A program made the position numbers and the translations under genes. This document shows positions 24,701-35,864 of a stretch of 64,000 nucleotides of DNA, in pieces. The notes beneath the pieces are model-generated. The model was given only the letters and a program-made list of their open reading frames with translations. It was not told the DNA's origin and did not search any database. The first letter of the stretch is position 1, and each line of letters starts with the position of its first letter. This DNA comes from an uncultured Methanosarcinales archaeon (GTDB lineage: Archaea > Halobacteriota > Methanosarcinia > Methanotrichales > Methanotrichaceae): the NCBI GenBank assembly GCA_963843555.1, contig CAWJKV010000009.1, positions 22,750-86,749 on the forward strand, written 5' to 3'.

Positions 24701-27700
24701 GTCCACGTAGTTGGTCAGATTTTTGGTGCCGGATATGGGGCCATCGATATGGGCTACGATCTGCAGCAATTTGCTGGAGCCGGATGACATGGGACCGATG
24801 TCGGACCAGGAGACATGATGGCCAACTCGGGAGCTGCCCGATGATGATGCAATGTAGCTCATGCCATCCGGCAGAAGATCGCTGACGAAGACATGCGGCA
24901 GAGAAGCGTTGCCCGTATTTTCGACGAGCAGTGTGAAAGTGACATTGGTGCTCGGTGAGCCGAAGGCGGGATCGGCGGTCTTGCTGACGGAGATCTTGGC
25001 TTCCTGGGCGTTCACGCTTGCGGAGGCATTGGCTGTGACATTCTGGCCGTGCTCGGGTTGGCCTGAGACGTCCACGTAGTTGGTCAGATTTTTGGTGCCG
25101 GATATGGGGCCGTCGATGTGGGCCACGATCTGCAGCAATTTGCTGGAGCCGGATGACATGGGACCGATGTCGGACCAGGAGACATGCTGGCTCACTCGGG
25201 AACTGCCCGGTGAAGACGAAACATAACTCATGCCATCCGGCAGGAGATCGCGGACTGAAACATGCGGCAGCGGGGCACTGCCCGCATTCTCGACGACAAG
25301 TGTGAAGGTGACGTTGGTGCTAGGTGAGCCGAAGGTGGGATCGGCGGTCTTGCTGACGGCTATCTTGGCTTCCTGGGCGTTCACGCTTGCGGAGGCATTG
25401 GCTGTGACATTCTGGCCGTGATCGGGTTGGCCTGAGACGTCCACGTAGTTGGTCAGATTTTTGGCGCCGGATATTGGGCTATCGATATGGGCTATGATCT
25501 TCAGCAATTTGCTGGTAGCCAGATGACATGGGACCGATGTCGGACCAGGAGACATTTTGGCCCACTCGGGTGCTGCCCGATGAGGATGCTATGTAGCTCA
25601 TGCCGGAGGGCAGGAGATCGCGGACTGAAACATGCGGCAGCGGGGCACTGCCCGCATTCTCGACGACAAGTGTGAAGGTGACATTGGTGCTAGGTGAGCC
25701 GAAAGTCGGATCGGCGGTCTTGCTGACGGTGATCTTGGCTTCCTGGGCACGAACGTCTGCCGAATCGTTGGCTGTGACATTCTGGCCGTGATCGGGTTGG
25801 CCTGAAACGTCCACGTAGTTGGTCAGATTTTTGGTGCCGGAAATGGGGCCGTCGATATGGGCTACGATCTGCAACGATTTGCTGGCACCAGAGTGACATG
25901 GGACCGATTTCGGACCAGGAGACATTCTGGCCCACACGGGTGCTGCCCGGTGAAGACGAAACATAACTCATGCCATCCGGCAGGAGATCGCGGACTGAGA
26001 CATGCGGCAGCGGGGCACTGCCCGCATTCTCGACGAGCAGAGTGAAGGTGACGTTGGTGCTCGGTGAGCCGAAGGTGGGATTGGCGGTCTTGCTGACGGT
26101 GATCTTGGCTTCCTGAGCCTGCACGATCGCTGAGGAATTGGCTGTGACATTCTGGCCGTGATCGGGTTGGCCTGAGACGTCTACGTAGTTGGTCAGATTT
26201 TTGGTGCCGGAAATGGGGCCGTCGATATGGGCTACGATCTGCAGCGATTTGCTGGCACCGGAGGACATGGGACCGATGTCGGACCAGGAGACATTCTGGC
26301 CCACTCGGGTGCTGCCCGGTGAAGACGAAACATAACTCATGCCATCCGGCAGGAGATCGCGGACTGAGACATGCGGCAGCAGGGCACTGCCCGCATTCTC
26401 GACGACAAGCGTGAATGTGACGTTGGTGCTGGGTGAGCCGAAGGTGGGATCGGCGGTCTTGCTGACGGCTATCTTGGCTTCCTGAGCCTGCACGATCGCT
26501 GAGGAATTGGCTGTGACATTCTGGCCGTGCTTCGGAATGCCAGTCACATCCACATAGTTGGTCAGATTTTTGGTGCCGGATATGGGGCCGTCGATATGGG
26601 CTACAATCTGCAACGATCTGCTGGCACCAGAGGACATGGGACCGATTTCTGACCAGGAGACATTCTGGCCCACTCGGGTGCTGCCCGGTGAAGACGAAAC
26701 ATAACTCATGCCATCCGGCAGGAGATCGCGGACTGAGACATGCGGCAGCAGGGCACTGCCCGCATTCTCGACGACAAGCGTGAATGTGACGTTGGTGCTG
26801 GGTGAGCCGAAGGCGGGGTCAGCGGTCTTGCTGACGGCTATCTTGGCTTCCTGGGACTGGACAATTGCAGTAGAGCTATTAGTGACATTATTTCCAAGTT
26901 CAGGCTTCCCATCCACATGCACAAGGTTGGTCAAAGTATCATTTCCCATCACGGGGCCTCTAATTAGGGCTTTGACCCACAATTGCTTGCTTGCGCCAAT
27001 CTCAATGGGACCAATGTTGGACCAATTTACATGGAGGCCGCTATTTGTGCTTCCTGGTGGGGAGGAGATATAGCTCATACCAGCCGGCAGAAGGTCGCTT
27101 ACGAAGACATCTTTCAGGCTTATATTTCCAATATTCTGAATATTGAGAGTAAAGTTCACAACAGTACCTGGAGAACCCGAGGCTATGTCAAGCGTCTTGA
27201 CCACGGCAATGTTCTGCTTCAATGCAAGAACATCTACGAAGTCGGAAGAGGTACTGCTATCAAACACCTTTTGGTCATCATCGTCTCCGTCAGCGAAATA
27301 TCGGAGGTTGTACCCTTTACCGGTCACGGTGTTGGTGAGCTTGCCACACTCATTTCCGTTGAATGAAGCAGTCACGTGGATAGTAAATTGCTCGCCGGGA
27401 TTCAGGACTCTTCCAAAGGATTGACTGAGGTTGGCCCATTTGAGAGTAGTACTACCATTAATATTAGGGGTAGAAGAGGTTACAACAGGACTTGCATTGA
27501 TGAAGGTGAGACCTTTGGGTAAGAGATCCGTAATCTCAGTTTTATTCAGGAGAACATCACCGCTATTAGTAACATTTATCTCAAAAGTGGTCAGGCTATT
27601 AGGTGCTCCATATACGGGATTTGCGGTCTTGCTTACCACTATATTCGTAATATAGTCTATACCTATGGTCAAGGCATAAACACCGCTGACTGTTTGACGC

Positions 27701-28488
27701 GGGTTCGACGGACTCGCCCAGGGTGGATAGCCATTGGCAAAGGCTGTATTCCTTATCGTGGGCGTATGGAAATCTGCCGGCCCCAGTATATCCTCTTGCG
27801 CTGAGGTGTATGACACGATGCCCGAGGCCGTTTGTCCTGCTGCCAAATTGGTTCGATTGAGTGGGACCGAAATGAAAATATTTGAAGGGTGTTCAATAAC
27901 GTCATCAACGGTTATATTATTTACATCAAAACTAAAGGGATTTATAACTATAATGGTATAATTTACCCTTCCACCCATTGGCACGTAAACGAGATCGGGC
28001 ATCTTTGTCACAAGCAAGGATCCTCCTATCCCCAGGCTAATGGCCCATCTCTTTTTCGTTGAGGTCACATCTGCACCATTAGGTTTCCGGCCAGTAGCCC
28101 ATGCATTGTTGACCAATGGGCCAGGCATATCTGTCACGCTGATCTTGTGACTGATGGAGTGAGTCCAGGTACCACCTGCAGAGAGGTTTCCTATGGATAT
28201 GGATCCTAAACGGTCATCAATAAAGACGACGTTAGTCAGATTTACTCCGTCGTTATTTGTTACTTTATAATCATAAACGACAGTGTCTCCGAATTGGGCT
28301 GACATGGTACTTCCTGTTTTTGTCACTGTCAAAGCCATAGCAGCATCAATAGAAATGAATAATAAATGTATGATGAGGACTAATAATAGCAACTTTTTTA
28401 TCCTAGTGTTTATATTTCTCAGATTTTTTGAATCATTGATTTGGCATACTGTGCGCGATTGAACCCCACCTCCAGATAATGACCCCAT
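9788..28488 (-). CDS. Giant secreted DUF11-repeat surface protein, ~6,200 aa, split by multiple apparent frameshifts
   Basis: N-terminal signal-like segment (RIKKLLLLVLIIHLLFISIDAAMA); ORF pieces 25690-28488, 25479-25964, 20969-25555, 12093-20585 and smaller overlapping pieces down to 9788 continue the same KT...VTFT...N.G...V.D.LP.G..Y domain pattern. Fusion of the 9788-12114 pieces into the same gene is inferred. Confidence 0.8.
13190..26860 (-). repeat. Tandem array of ~37 near-identical 369-bp (123-aa) coding repeats
   Basis: The QEAKI-encoding motif cttggcttcctg recurs every 369-370 bp from ~13556 to ~26843. Confidence 0.95.
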
Positions 28489-29175
28489 CAGATACCTCCT
28501 ATAAATTTGAACTATGAATGTAGTTAGTACCTCGGCGAGTATTATAAACTTATTGCTTAAGATAAGAAACTGATCAGTCTCGAAAAGTTTGGAGAATATT
28601 TATATTCTGAACTTCAAATTCCGGTATGAAATTTGAATCATCCAAAATATCCCCTGGAATACTTACCCCAATGAATAGGATGACAGGGTGCGAGATAGCT
28701 AGAAATATTTGATGATGCGAAGGCTAGTCCAGTAGATCTGTGAGGATTATTATGTATTATGTTATATTATACTACTGCAAGAAGAACAAGGTTCTGGCAA
28801 AGTTCTTTGTCATTCAAGAAATTTTTTTATATGTATAAGCAGTCGCGGTCTTTCTTGAATTCAATCAATTCACAGGCGATAGATAGTCCAGAATATTCAT
28901 CATATGATCAGGAATTGCTAAACGGTCAGTGGGAAGGTGGATGTTCTGAACCGGTCTGCAGAGAAGAATGGGATTTGCAGTTCGGTGTGTTCCGATTAAT
29001 AGGATCGGCCCGATACCCGGTCTATTGGTCCCCATTTAAGCTGCAGGCAGCAATGCCATGGAAGAATAAGGTGCCAAAAATCCAAGCCTCCGGCTGGTTG
29101 CCCTCTGGCCATCAGGCCCGATTCCATGTAAGATCCATATCATAATGCCCTGCTCTGATATGGTTGAGGTCTTCC

Positions 29176-29793
29176 TCAAGAGCTGATGTCAGGGAACTGG
29201 AACTGATCGGGCAGGAAGTTAGAGGCACCGGCTTCATAGAGATCCAGCTCGAAGATAGAGTACATAATCTCATCTCCTGCTTCATCGGTCAAAAAGAGCA
29301 GCGGAGTATTGTAGCGATAGTAGCCGTAAACGTTCTGAAATCTTCCTGCCTTTCCGTCCCATTGGTCTCCAATGGTGAAGTAGAGTTCATAATCTCCATC
29401 ATTGATGCCCTTGATTTCGATGGATTCCCTGCTGCGGAGGTATACGACCAGCAGGGGCTTTAAATTCCGGTCGGTCAGCACAGCCACAGTGTCCATGGTC
29501 CAGTTGTTATGGATGGCGAGGAGACCGTAGCCGTCCCGCTGCATATCTCGGAAGTAGGTGCCGGTCTCCGTGCGGTCTGTGGGCTGCGATATTGCAGTTG
29601 AAGATAGAATAAAAGATGCGAAGGTGACGGCCAGCAAGAGTCGCGCCAGTGTGAATGTATTCGGCCAATTGTGGCAGAAAGATAAAGAGGATCGCGATGG
29701 CCTGGGATTGGTCTGGGAAGAACGGCTAAATGGCATCAAAACCTTCATTGTGGAGATACTGCCGGTATCTGGAAGATCGCATGTTGGCTGCAT
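29176..29793 (-). CDS. Hypothetical exported/membrane-anchored protein (true start uncertain)
   Basis: Hydrophobic segment LLLAVTFASFILSSTAIS followed by beta-rich domain (GDYELYFTIG). Confidence 0.6.
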   Translation of the reverse strand: MQPTCDLPDTGSISTMKVLMPFSRSSQTNPRPSRSSLSFCHNWPNTFTLARLLLAVTFASFILSSTAISQPTDRTETGTYFRDMQRDGYGLLAIHNNWTMDTVAVLTDRNLKPLLVVYLRSRESIEIKGINDGDYELYFTIGDQWDGKAGRFQNVYGYYRYNTPLLFLTDEAGDEIMYSIFELDLYEAGASNFLPDQFQFPDISS

Positions 29794-29909
29794 CGACTCT
29801 AGAGTACCATTTTGATAAGAGTTAAACTTTTCCTCGAATGTGATGGTATCTGTTAAAATTTACTCTTCAAGTTGCACACAATCGTCTATATGATTCTACG
29901 AGTCCAGGT

Positions 29910-30197
29910 ATGACTATGGCATGGAAGGAATTAAGTGCAATAGGTATTGTCTCGATCGTAATCATGCTGGCTCTGCCAACGGTTAGTGCTTCTTATGATT
30001 CCCTCTCGGATCTGGAGTCCTCGATATCAGGCTTCGATGATCCTCGCATGGACTCTGAGGATCTTGCTTTCTACCTTGCCACTCACAATTTCGATGCCAC
30101 TCCTAAAGGCGGATATGTTGAAGTCGATCTGTCTGACAATGTATACAAGCTCACTCCTAACGGCTCGGCTCCTGGACTCTGCAGCATTGCACAGTAG
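29910..30197 (+). CDS. Small secreted hypothetical protein
   Basis: Signal peptide-like N-terminus; DLAFYLATHNFDATP motif shared with 44973..45683. Confidence 0.7.
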   Translation: MTMAWKELSAIGIVSIVIMLALPTVSASYDSLSDLESSISGFDDPRMDSEDLAFYLATHNFDATPKGGYVEVDLSDNVYKLTPNGSAPGLCSIAQ

Positions 30198-30241
30198 TGG
30201 ATTGCCCTTATGGCCCATTGCTTCTATTCTGTTTGATCCTA

Positions 30242-30997
30242 TCAATCCCTGCCTTCGTACTCGTACTCTTCCAGGCCATCGGTTGCGATGGTCATCAGGA
30301 AGTAGGCGAGGCAGTCTCTCTTGAATTCATTCTCCTGGGAAGGCGGCTTAATTCCCGTGATCCGGCAGATGTCTTCTGCCTCTTCGGTCTTTCCTGCAAT
30401 CTTCTGCAGCCAGACGAATAGCATGACCTTCAATGCATTAAGCCTCTCTGCATCTTTTTGCAATCTCATTATGTCCTTCTGAACTTCGGGGTCGCAGCTC
30501 AGCTCTCGCAACATATCCGCGAATCTGGCGGTTCCCAGGCAGTCGGGGTAGAAGCAGATCACATCTCCGCATTCCGGATCCGGGTTAAGCATGGGGAATG
30601 TCCTGCATATACGAGGCCGGCTTTCATAGACCCTACACCTGTGCGTCTTTGCATCCAGAAAGCAGCAGTTCCTCTTCGGGCCGATGTTCTTCAGTACCCT
30701 GTATCCTATCCTCTCTTCCGGATCGGGATCTGTGAATCTGGCTTCTGCCTCGGATACACTCAATGCAAACGATCTGGCTATCTCTTGCATATCTTCGTGA
30801 TCCACCAGAGTATAACCCTCGCCTCTGCAGCATTCACTGCAGTTCATACACTCAAAAAGAACCTGAGCGGCAATCTGAGGGAATTGGGTCTCAGGGATAA
30901 CGTCATTGAACCACTCCAGAAACGACTCTTTTTCTTCACTCACATGATTCACCTTATCCGAATTTATGTCCCTGACATCGTCCGGAACAAATTCCAC
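30242..30997 (-). CDS. YkgJ-family cysteine-cluster protein
   Basis: FECMNCSECC, CCFL, CRVYESRPRICRTFP. Confidence 0.85.
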   Translation of the reverse strand: MEFVPDDVRDINSDKVNHVSEEKESFLEWFNDVIPETQFPQIAAQVLFECMNCSECCRGEGYTLVDHEDMQEIARSFALSVSEAEARFTDPDPEERIGYRVLKNIGPKRNCCFLDAKTHRCRVYESRPRICRTFPMLNPDPECGDVICFYPDCLGTARFADMLRELSCDPEVQKDIMRLQKDAERLNALKVMLFVWLQKIAGKTEEAEDICRITGIKPPSQENEFKRDCLAYFLMTIATDGLEEYEYEGRD

Positions 30998-31611
30998 ACA
31001 CCTGTGGCCACGAAGTTGACTGCCACAGCGCCCAGCATCAGCCCCATAATCCTGGTCAAGACCATGATCCCAGTTACTCCCAGGACTTTGTCGATATACT
31101 CCGAGAACCTGAGGACGAATAAGGTGATCACAAAGGTCAGCACTATGGCCAGGATCACGAGCCCTTTTTCTGCAATGGTGCCGGCCGATCCCATCAACAC
31201 TATCACTGTTGTAATGGCCCCCGGGCCGGTAAGGAGCGGCATGGCCAGGGGAAAGACGGAGATATCCTCCCTATGATTGGCATCCCGAAGCTCAGCTTCA
31301 GTGACCTTCTTTTGCTGGCCAACACCTCGCAGCATATCGATGGCCACCAGGAAGAGCAGGACGCCTCCTGCGACGCGAAGGTTGTCCGCAGTAATGCCGA
31401 AGATGCGAAGCACAATGTCTCCAGCCACGGCAAATAAAATAGCAATGGAGAAGGCTACCGATGTGGTCCGCTTGTGAATATGATTCTTCTCCGTGGAATC
31501 CAGGCCGCTGGTAAGAGTGACATAGACCATAGTGGCCTCGATGGGGTTGACTATTACGAAGATGGAGCTGAAGACGTACACGAAGTAGAGGAAGTAGTCG
31601 CTTATATCCAT
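30964..31611 (-). CDS. MarC family integral membrane protein
   Basis: IVNPI, VAGGVLLFLVAIDML, FPLAMPLLTGPGAI, RIMGLMLGAVAV. Confidence 0.9.
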   Translation of the reverse strand: MDISDYFLYFVYVFSSIFVIVNPIEATMVYVTLTSGLDSTEKNHIHKRTTSVAFSIAILFAVAGDIVLRIFGITADNLRVAGGVLLFLVAIDMLRGVGQQKKVTEAELRDANHREDISVFPLAMPLLTGPGAITTVIVLMGSAGTIAEKGLVILAIVLTFVITLFVLRFSEYIDKVLGVTGIMVLTRIMGLMLGAVAVNFVATGVWNLFRTMSGT

Positions 31612-31877
31612 TGCAGTTTCCTTTTAACTGGTCTGATCACCCTGGTAGGGTATAATTTCCTTTCCATCTGGCACTGTTTCAACTATAGGCGCATTCCTGT
31701 TTTAATAGTATCTCTGAATAGGTGAGCAATCATTTATACAGCGATTCGTGTTCTTCTAATGCAGTCATTTCGGTCAGGCAATGAGATCGAATACAAACGG
31801 CCATAAACGTCGCCCGTCTGGGAGAGACGATTTGTTGTCAAAGATTAAATAAAAAAAAGATTTCTGGATTGGGTGGC

Positions 31878-33551
31878 TTAGAACATCCCGGGAGGCATTC
31901 CGCCCATTCCTGGCATACCACCCATTCCGCCCATGCCGCCCATTCCTGGCGGCATGCCACCCGCTCCGCGAGCAGGAGCCTTCTTGGTCGACGCCAGGAC
32001 ATCATCGATACGAAGGATGAGGCAAGCAGCATCGGTGGCCGACAAAATGGCCTGAATCTTGACGCGCAGAGGCTCGACTACACCAAGTTTGTACATGTCC
32101 TCGACTTCGCCGGTGTAGGCATTGAGACCCATATTCTTGTTTTTCGCGTGCTTGTTCTTAAGTTCTGCAACCTTGTCGATAGCGTCGAATCCGGCGTTTT
32201 CGGCCAGAGTCCTGGGCACGATCTCCACTGCTTCGGCGAACTTGGTGACTGCCAATTGCTCACGGCCCTTCAGAGTGGCTGAATATTCCCGAAGGCGCAG
32301 GGCGAGCTCAATCTCAGGGGCTCCACCGCCCGCCACCAGCAACTTGTCCTCAACTACATCGGCCACGGCATGCAGCGCATCATCCAGCGCCCTTTCCAGG
32401 CCGTTCAAGACCTGCTGAGTTCCACCCCTGAGAAGCAGTGTTACGGCACGATTCTTGGTGCCGCTGACAAAGGTCATGATGCCGTTTCCAACCCGCTTCT
32501 CCTCTACCAGAGCAGCAGTGCCAAGATCGCTGGGGCTGAGCTCGTCGAGGCTGGTGACGATGTTGGCTCCCGTGGCCTTGGAGATTTTGTCCAGGTCCTT
32601 TTTAATAACGCGACGCAGGGCGAGAATGCCGGCAGTGGCCAGGTAATGCTGGGCCTGGTCATCGATGCCTTTCTGGCAGAGGACCACTGTGGCGCCGCTG
32701 GCAATCACTTTATCTGCTGCCTCTTTTACCCTCTTCTTCTCGTGCTCCATGAATTGCTGGAACTGGGTGGAGGAGGTGATCTGGATCTCAGTCTTGGTCT
32801 CGGTATCCTTGGCTTCGATGGGCGCGGAAAGGAGGGCGATCTTTGCATTCACGATCTTGCGGGGCATATTCTGGTGGACGATCTCCTTATCAATCACTAC
32901 GCCCTCGATGATCTCTGAATCCATAGTGCTCTCGCCGACCTTCTTTTCCACATTGACCCGATCCATGTCAAAGCTCTTTTTGCCGTCGTAGATCTCAATG
33001 GCGTTTAGGACCAGGTCGACAGCATATTTGGCTATCTCGTTGTCCGGGGAATCGGCCAATTTACCAGTCATGGCCGTCTCGGCAATCCTCTCCAGCAGGG
33101 CGCGGTCACCCTCCGGGGCCTCGAAGGCGATGGACTTTACGATCTCCACTGCCTTTTCAGAGGCCATTCTGTAACCCTGCACAATCATTGTGGGGTGAAC
33201 CTTCTGGTCCAGGAGGACCTCCGCTTTCTTGAGCAGCTCGCCAGCCAGGACAGCCACAGTGGTGGTGCCGTCGCCTACCTCTTTATCCTGGGTCTTGGCA
33301 GCCTCGATGAGCATTTTAGCGGCAGGGTGCTGCACATCCATCTCTTTCAGAATGGTCACGCCGTCGTTGGTGATGGTCACATCTCCCATGGAGTCCACCA
33401 GCAATTTATCCATGCCCTTGGGGCCCATGGTGCTGCGCACGGCATTGGCCACGGCGCGGGCAGCCATGATGTTATTCGAAATGGCTTCTTTTCCCGACTC
33501 TCTGCGGGTGTCTCTTAAAATGATAACTGGTGTTCCGCCCATTCCTGCCAT
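31878..33551 (-). CDS. ths: Thermosome (group II chaperonin) subunit
   Basis: [33 protein letters not shown]-rich tail. Confidence 0.95.
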   Translation of the reverse strand: MAGMGGTPVIILRDTRRESGKEAISNNIMAARAVANAVRSTMGPKGMDKLLVDSMGDVTITNDGVTILKEMDVQHPAAKMLIEAAKTQDKEVGDGTTTVAVLAGELLKKAEVLLDQKVHPTMIVQGYRMASEKAVEIVKSIAFEAPEGDRALLERIAETAMTGKLADSPDNEIAKYAVDLVLNAIEIYDGKKSFDMDRVNVEKKVGESTMDSEIIEGVVIDKEIVHQNMPRKIVNAKIALLSAPIEAKDTETKTEIQITSSTQFQQFMEHEKKRVKEAADKVIASGATVVLCQKGIDDQAQHYLATAGILALRRVIKKDLDKISKATGANIVTSLDELSPSDLGTAALVEEKRVGNGIMTFVSGTKNRAVTLLLRGGTQQVLNGLERALDDALHAVADVVEDKLLVAGGGAPEIELALRLREYSATLKGREQLAVTKFAEAVEIVPRTLAENAGFDAIDKVAELKNKHAKNKNMGLNAYTGEVEDMYKLGVVEPLRVKIQAILSATDAACLILRIDDVLASTKKAPARGAGGMPPGMGGMGGMGGMPGMGGMPPGMF

Positions 33552-33734
33552 ATATGATAATCCTCCAATAATGCTTCTACTAATCTCACGTTTACAGTAT
33601 TTGATCTTCTATAAAACTGTTTCCCAAAGATACGGCAGCACAAGATTGTTCTGGGGAGAGGATCGACGGAGCTGCCAGCAACTATAAGTACTTGAAGATC
33701 ACACAAGGGCGCTAACCGTATTGAGGAATCAAAA

Positions 33735-33929
33735 ATGGTAAATGGAACAGTAAAGTTTTTCAACAGAGTCAAGAGCTTTGGATTCATCGCAGGCGACGAC
33801 GGTAAGGACTATTTTGTTCACGTAACTGGCTTGAAGCCCGGTGTCACAATCGATGAGGGTGACAAGGTAAGCTTCGAGGTCATTGAGGGCGAGAAAGGCC
33901 CCAAGGCTGACAAAGTAGAGAAACAGTAG
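33735..33929 (+). CDS. cspA: Cold-shock domain protein
   Basis: GTVKFFN, FGFI (RNP1), YFVH (RNP2), GEKGPKA. Confidence 0.92.
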   Translation: MVNGTVKFFNRVKSFGFIAGDDGKDYFVHVTGLKPGVTIDEGDKVSFEVIEGEKGPKADKVEKQ

Positions 33930-34139
33930 ATACTCGCAGTTGAAACCAATAGGGATGCAATAGGGAAGCCGAGAGGCTTTTCTATTAATATCTTCTATTC
34001 TAACCAATACCTTTCTTTTTATTCTGGTGCTATTCAACCGTCCTGGTTATTTATTGGCTCTTATCACGGATAGCTATCCGAACCGGCCCTACCAGCAGAC
34101 ATCTCCAATGCTTTGGCAATTTTCCACGAAATTCCAATA

Positions 34140-35093
34140 TTATTTGAGATCGGTATCCAGCGGTTTCGCACACGCTTTCCCATCAGGTAGGATCACAGAT
34201 ACTGCAATGGATGCGACCAGTATGAAGACGATTACCCCCAGAGCGATGACCGCCGGGATCTCTATGAACCCGGAAGCAAGCATCTTGGCACCTACAAAGA
34301 TGAGGATGAGCGTGACTCCCTGGTTCAGGTAACGAAACATAGCCATGCATCCGGCCAGGGCGAAGTAGAGGGCGCGCAGGCCCAGGATGGAGAAGATATT
34401 GGAGGTGTAAACGATTGCAGGATTGAGGGTGATTCCGAGGATGGCAGGAACGGAGTCAAAGGCGAAGAGTACATCAGACGTCTCGATTACGAGAAGAACG
34501 ATAAAGAGAGGCGTCACAAAGCGCTTGCCGTTTTTGCTGATGATGAAATTGCCGTCCCCATAATCCTCTGTGGTGGGCAGGAATCTCTTGCAAAGCCGGA
34601 GGACGGGATTTCTTCCCACATCCATCGGTTCCTCGTCCTTTCGGAGAGCCAGTTTCAGGCCGCTTACCAGGAGAAACGCTCCAAAGAGATAGACCACCCA
34701 TTGGAACCTGTCGATAAGCTCAATGCCGGCAATTATGAATATGCCTCGCATTACCAGGGCAGCGATGATGCCCCAGAAGAGGATTTTGTACTGATGAATG
34801 CTAGGCACCTTGAAGTAGGAGAATATGAGCAGGAAGACAAAGAGGTTGTCGAAGCTGAGAGTTCTTTCCACCAGGTAGCCTGCCGCAAATTCTATGGCAT
34901 GCTCTGTACCCATCCAGAAATAGACGAGCAGGTTGAAGGCAATTGCGACAATCAGCCAAATGCCGCTCCAGGTCAGAGCCTCTTTGATACCTACTTCATG
35001 AGATTTTTTATGAAAAACGCCCAGATCCAAAGCAAAAAGAATCAGAATTGCGGCTCCAAAAACGACCCATAGCATTGCCTCGTGGCTAATCAA
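34140..35093 (-). CDS. terC: TerC/Alx family membrane protein
   Basis: ERTLSFDNLFVF, ETSDVLFAFDSVPA, SNIFSILGLRALYF. Confidence 0.9.
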   Translation of the reverse strand: MISHEAMLWVVFGAAILILFALDLGVFHKKSHEVGIKEALTWSGIWLIVAIAFNLLVYFWMGTEHAIEFAAGYLVERTLSFDNLFVFLLIFSYFKVPSIHQYKILFWGIIAALVMRGIFIIAGIELIDRFQWVVYLFGAFLLVSGLKLALRKDEEPMDVGRNPVLRLCKRFLPTTEDYGDGNFIISKNGKRFVTPLFIVLLVIETSDVLFAFDSVPAILGITLNPAIVYTSNIFSILGLRALYFALAGCMAMFRYLNQGVTLILIFVGAKMLASGFIEIPAVIALGVIVFILVASIAVSVILPDGKACAKPLDTDLK

Positions 35094-35253
35094 TATCTTT
35101 ATCCCCCAAAGAATACTGCCAGCGTCTTAATGCGTTTTTTCTTCATACTATTTCTATTTTTTTATGAAATTTCATACTCGACCAGGTGCAATTCGTTTTC
35201 AGATAGAATTCTCTGGCTACAAGAACTTTTCTCTACAAATGCCGTGTTTCTTC

Positions 35254-35840
35254 TCAGAACATGTCGGCAAACGCAGGTGACATGACGGCAGAGAGCATGA
35301 ATGAGAGGCCGATCAGCAAGAAGACGACTCCTGCAATTCTGGTAACCTGCTTCCTATCGATTCTGCTGGAGAGGAGCTTGCCCAGGTAGATCGCCATGGC
35401 TGATAGGATCAAGAGAGCAGTCATGACTCCAATGAAGACCATGATGGGTTCATACTCTGCAGCAAAAAGGGCAGAGGCAATTTGGGTCTTATCCCCCCAT
35501 TCCGAGAGGAAGATCATGGTAAATCCGGATACAAATGCACTCCTGGGAGATATGGAGCTCTCCCGTTCCTCTTCTTGTTCACCCCTCAAGATCATTATGC
35601 CAAAGAGTGATGAACACCGCACCCGATATCAATTTTGCCAGATGGAGGGGAATGACATTGGTCACCCAGGAACCCACCAGAATGGCGAATCCGTCTACCA
35701 GTAAGAACGCGAGCATGATGCCGGCCAAGCAGTCGCGCATACTCCCGGGTCCGGGAGGACAGGAGGAGCACGGAAAGCTGAGTCTTATCGCCCATCTCGG
35801 CAAGGCCCACGGCGAGCAGCGGGATTATTATATCGTTCAT
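35254..35840 (-). CDS. UPF0016/TMEM165/GDT1 family Mn2+/Ca2+ transporter (two apparent frameshifts)
   Basis: Two EXGDKT motifs (EMGDKTQ, EWGDKTQ) across ORF pieces. Confidence 0.85.
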
Positions 35841-35864
35841 TGGAGCGATTTCAGACACCTTTTG

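Noticed and set aside
13190..26860. Diversity-generating retroelement acting on the repeats
   Set aside because: No reverse transcriptase in the window, and variation is block-wise rather than adenine-specific.
13096..27073. Repeated plus-strand ORFs beginning MPSGRRS
   Set aside because: Antisense shadows of the 369-bp coding repeat.
28759..29145. 128-aa plus-strand ORF
   Set aside because: No motifs or clear RBS; likely intergenic sequence.
31880..31965. GGM-encoding short repeats
   Set aside because: Normal chaperonin C-terminal tail.
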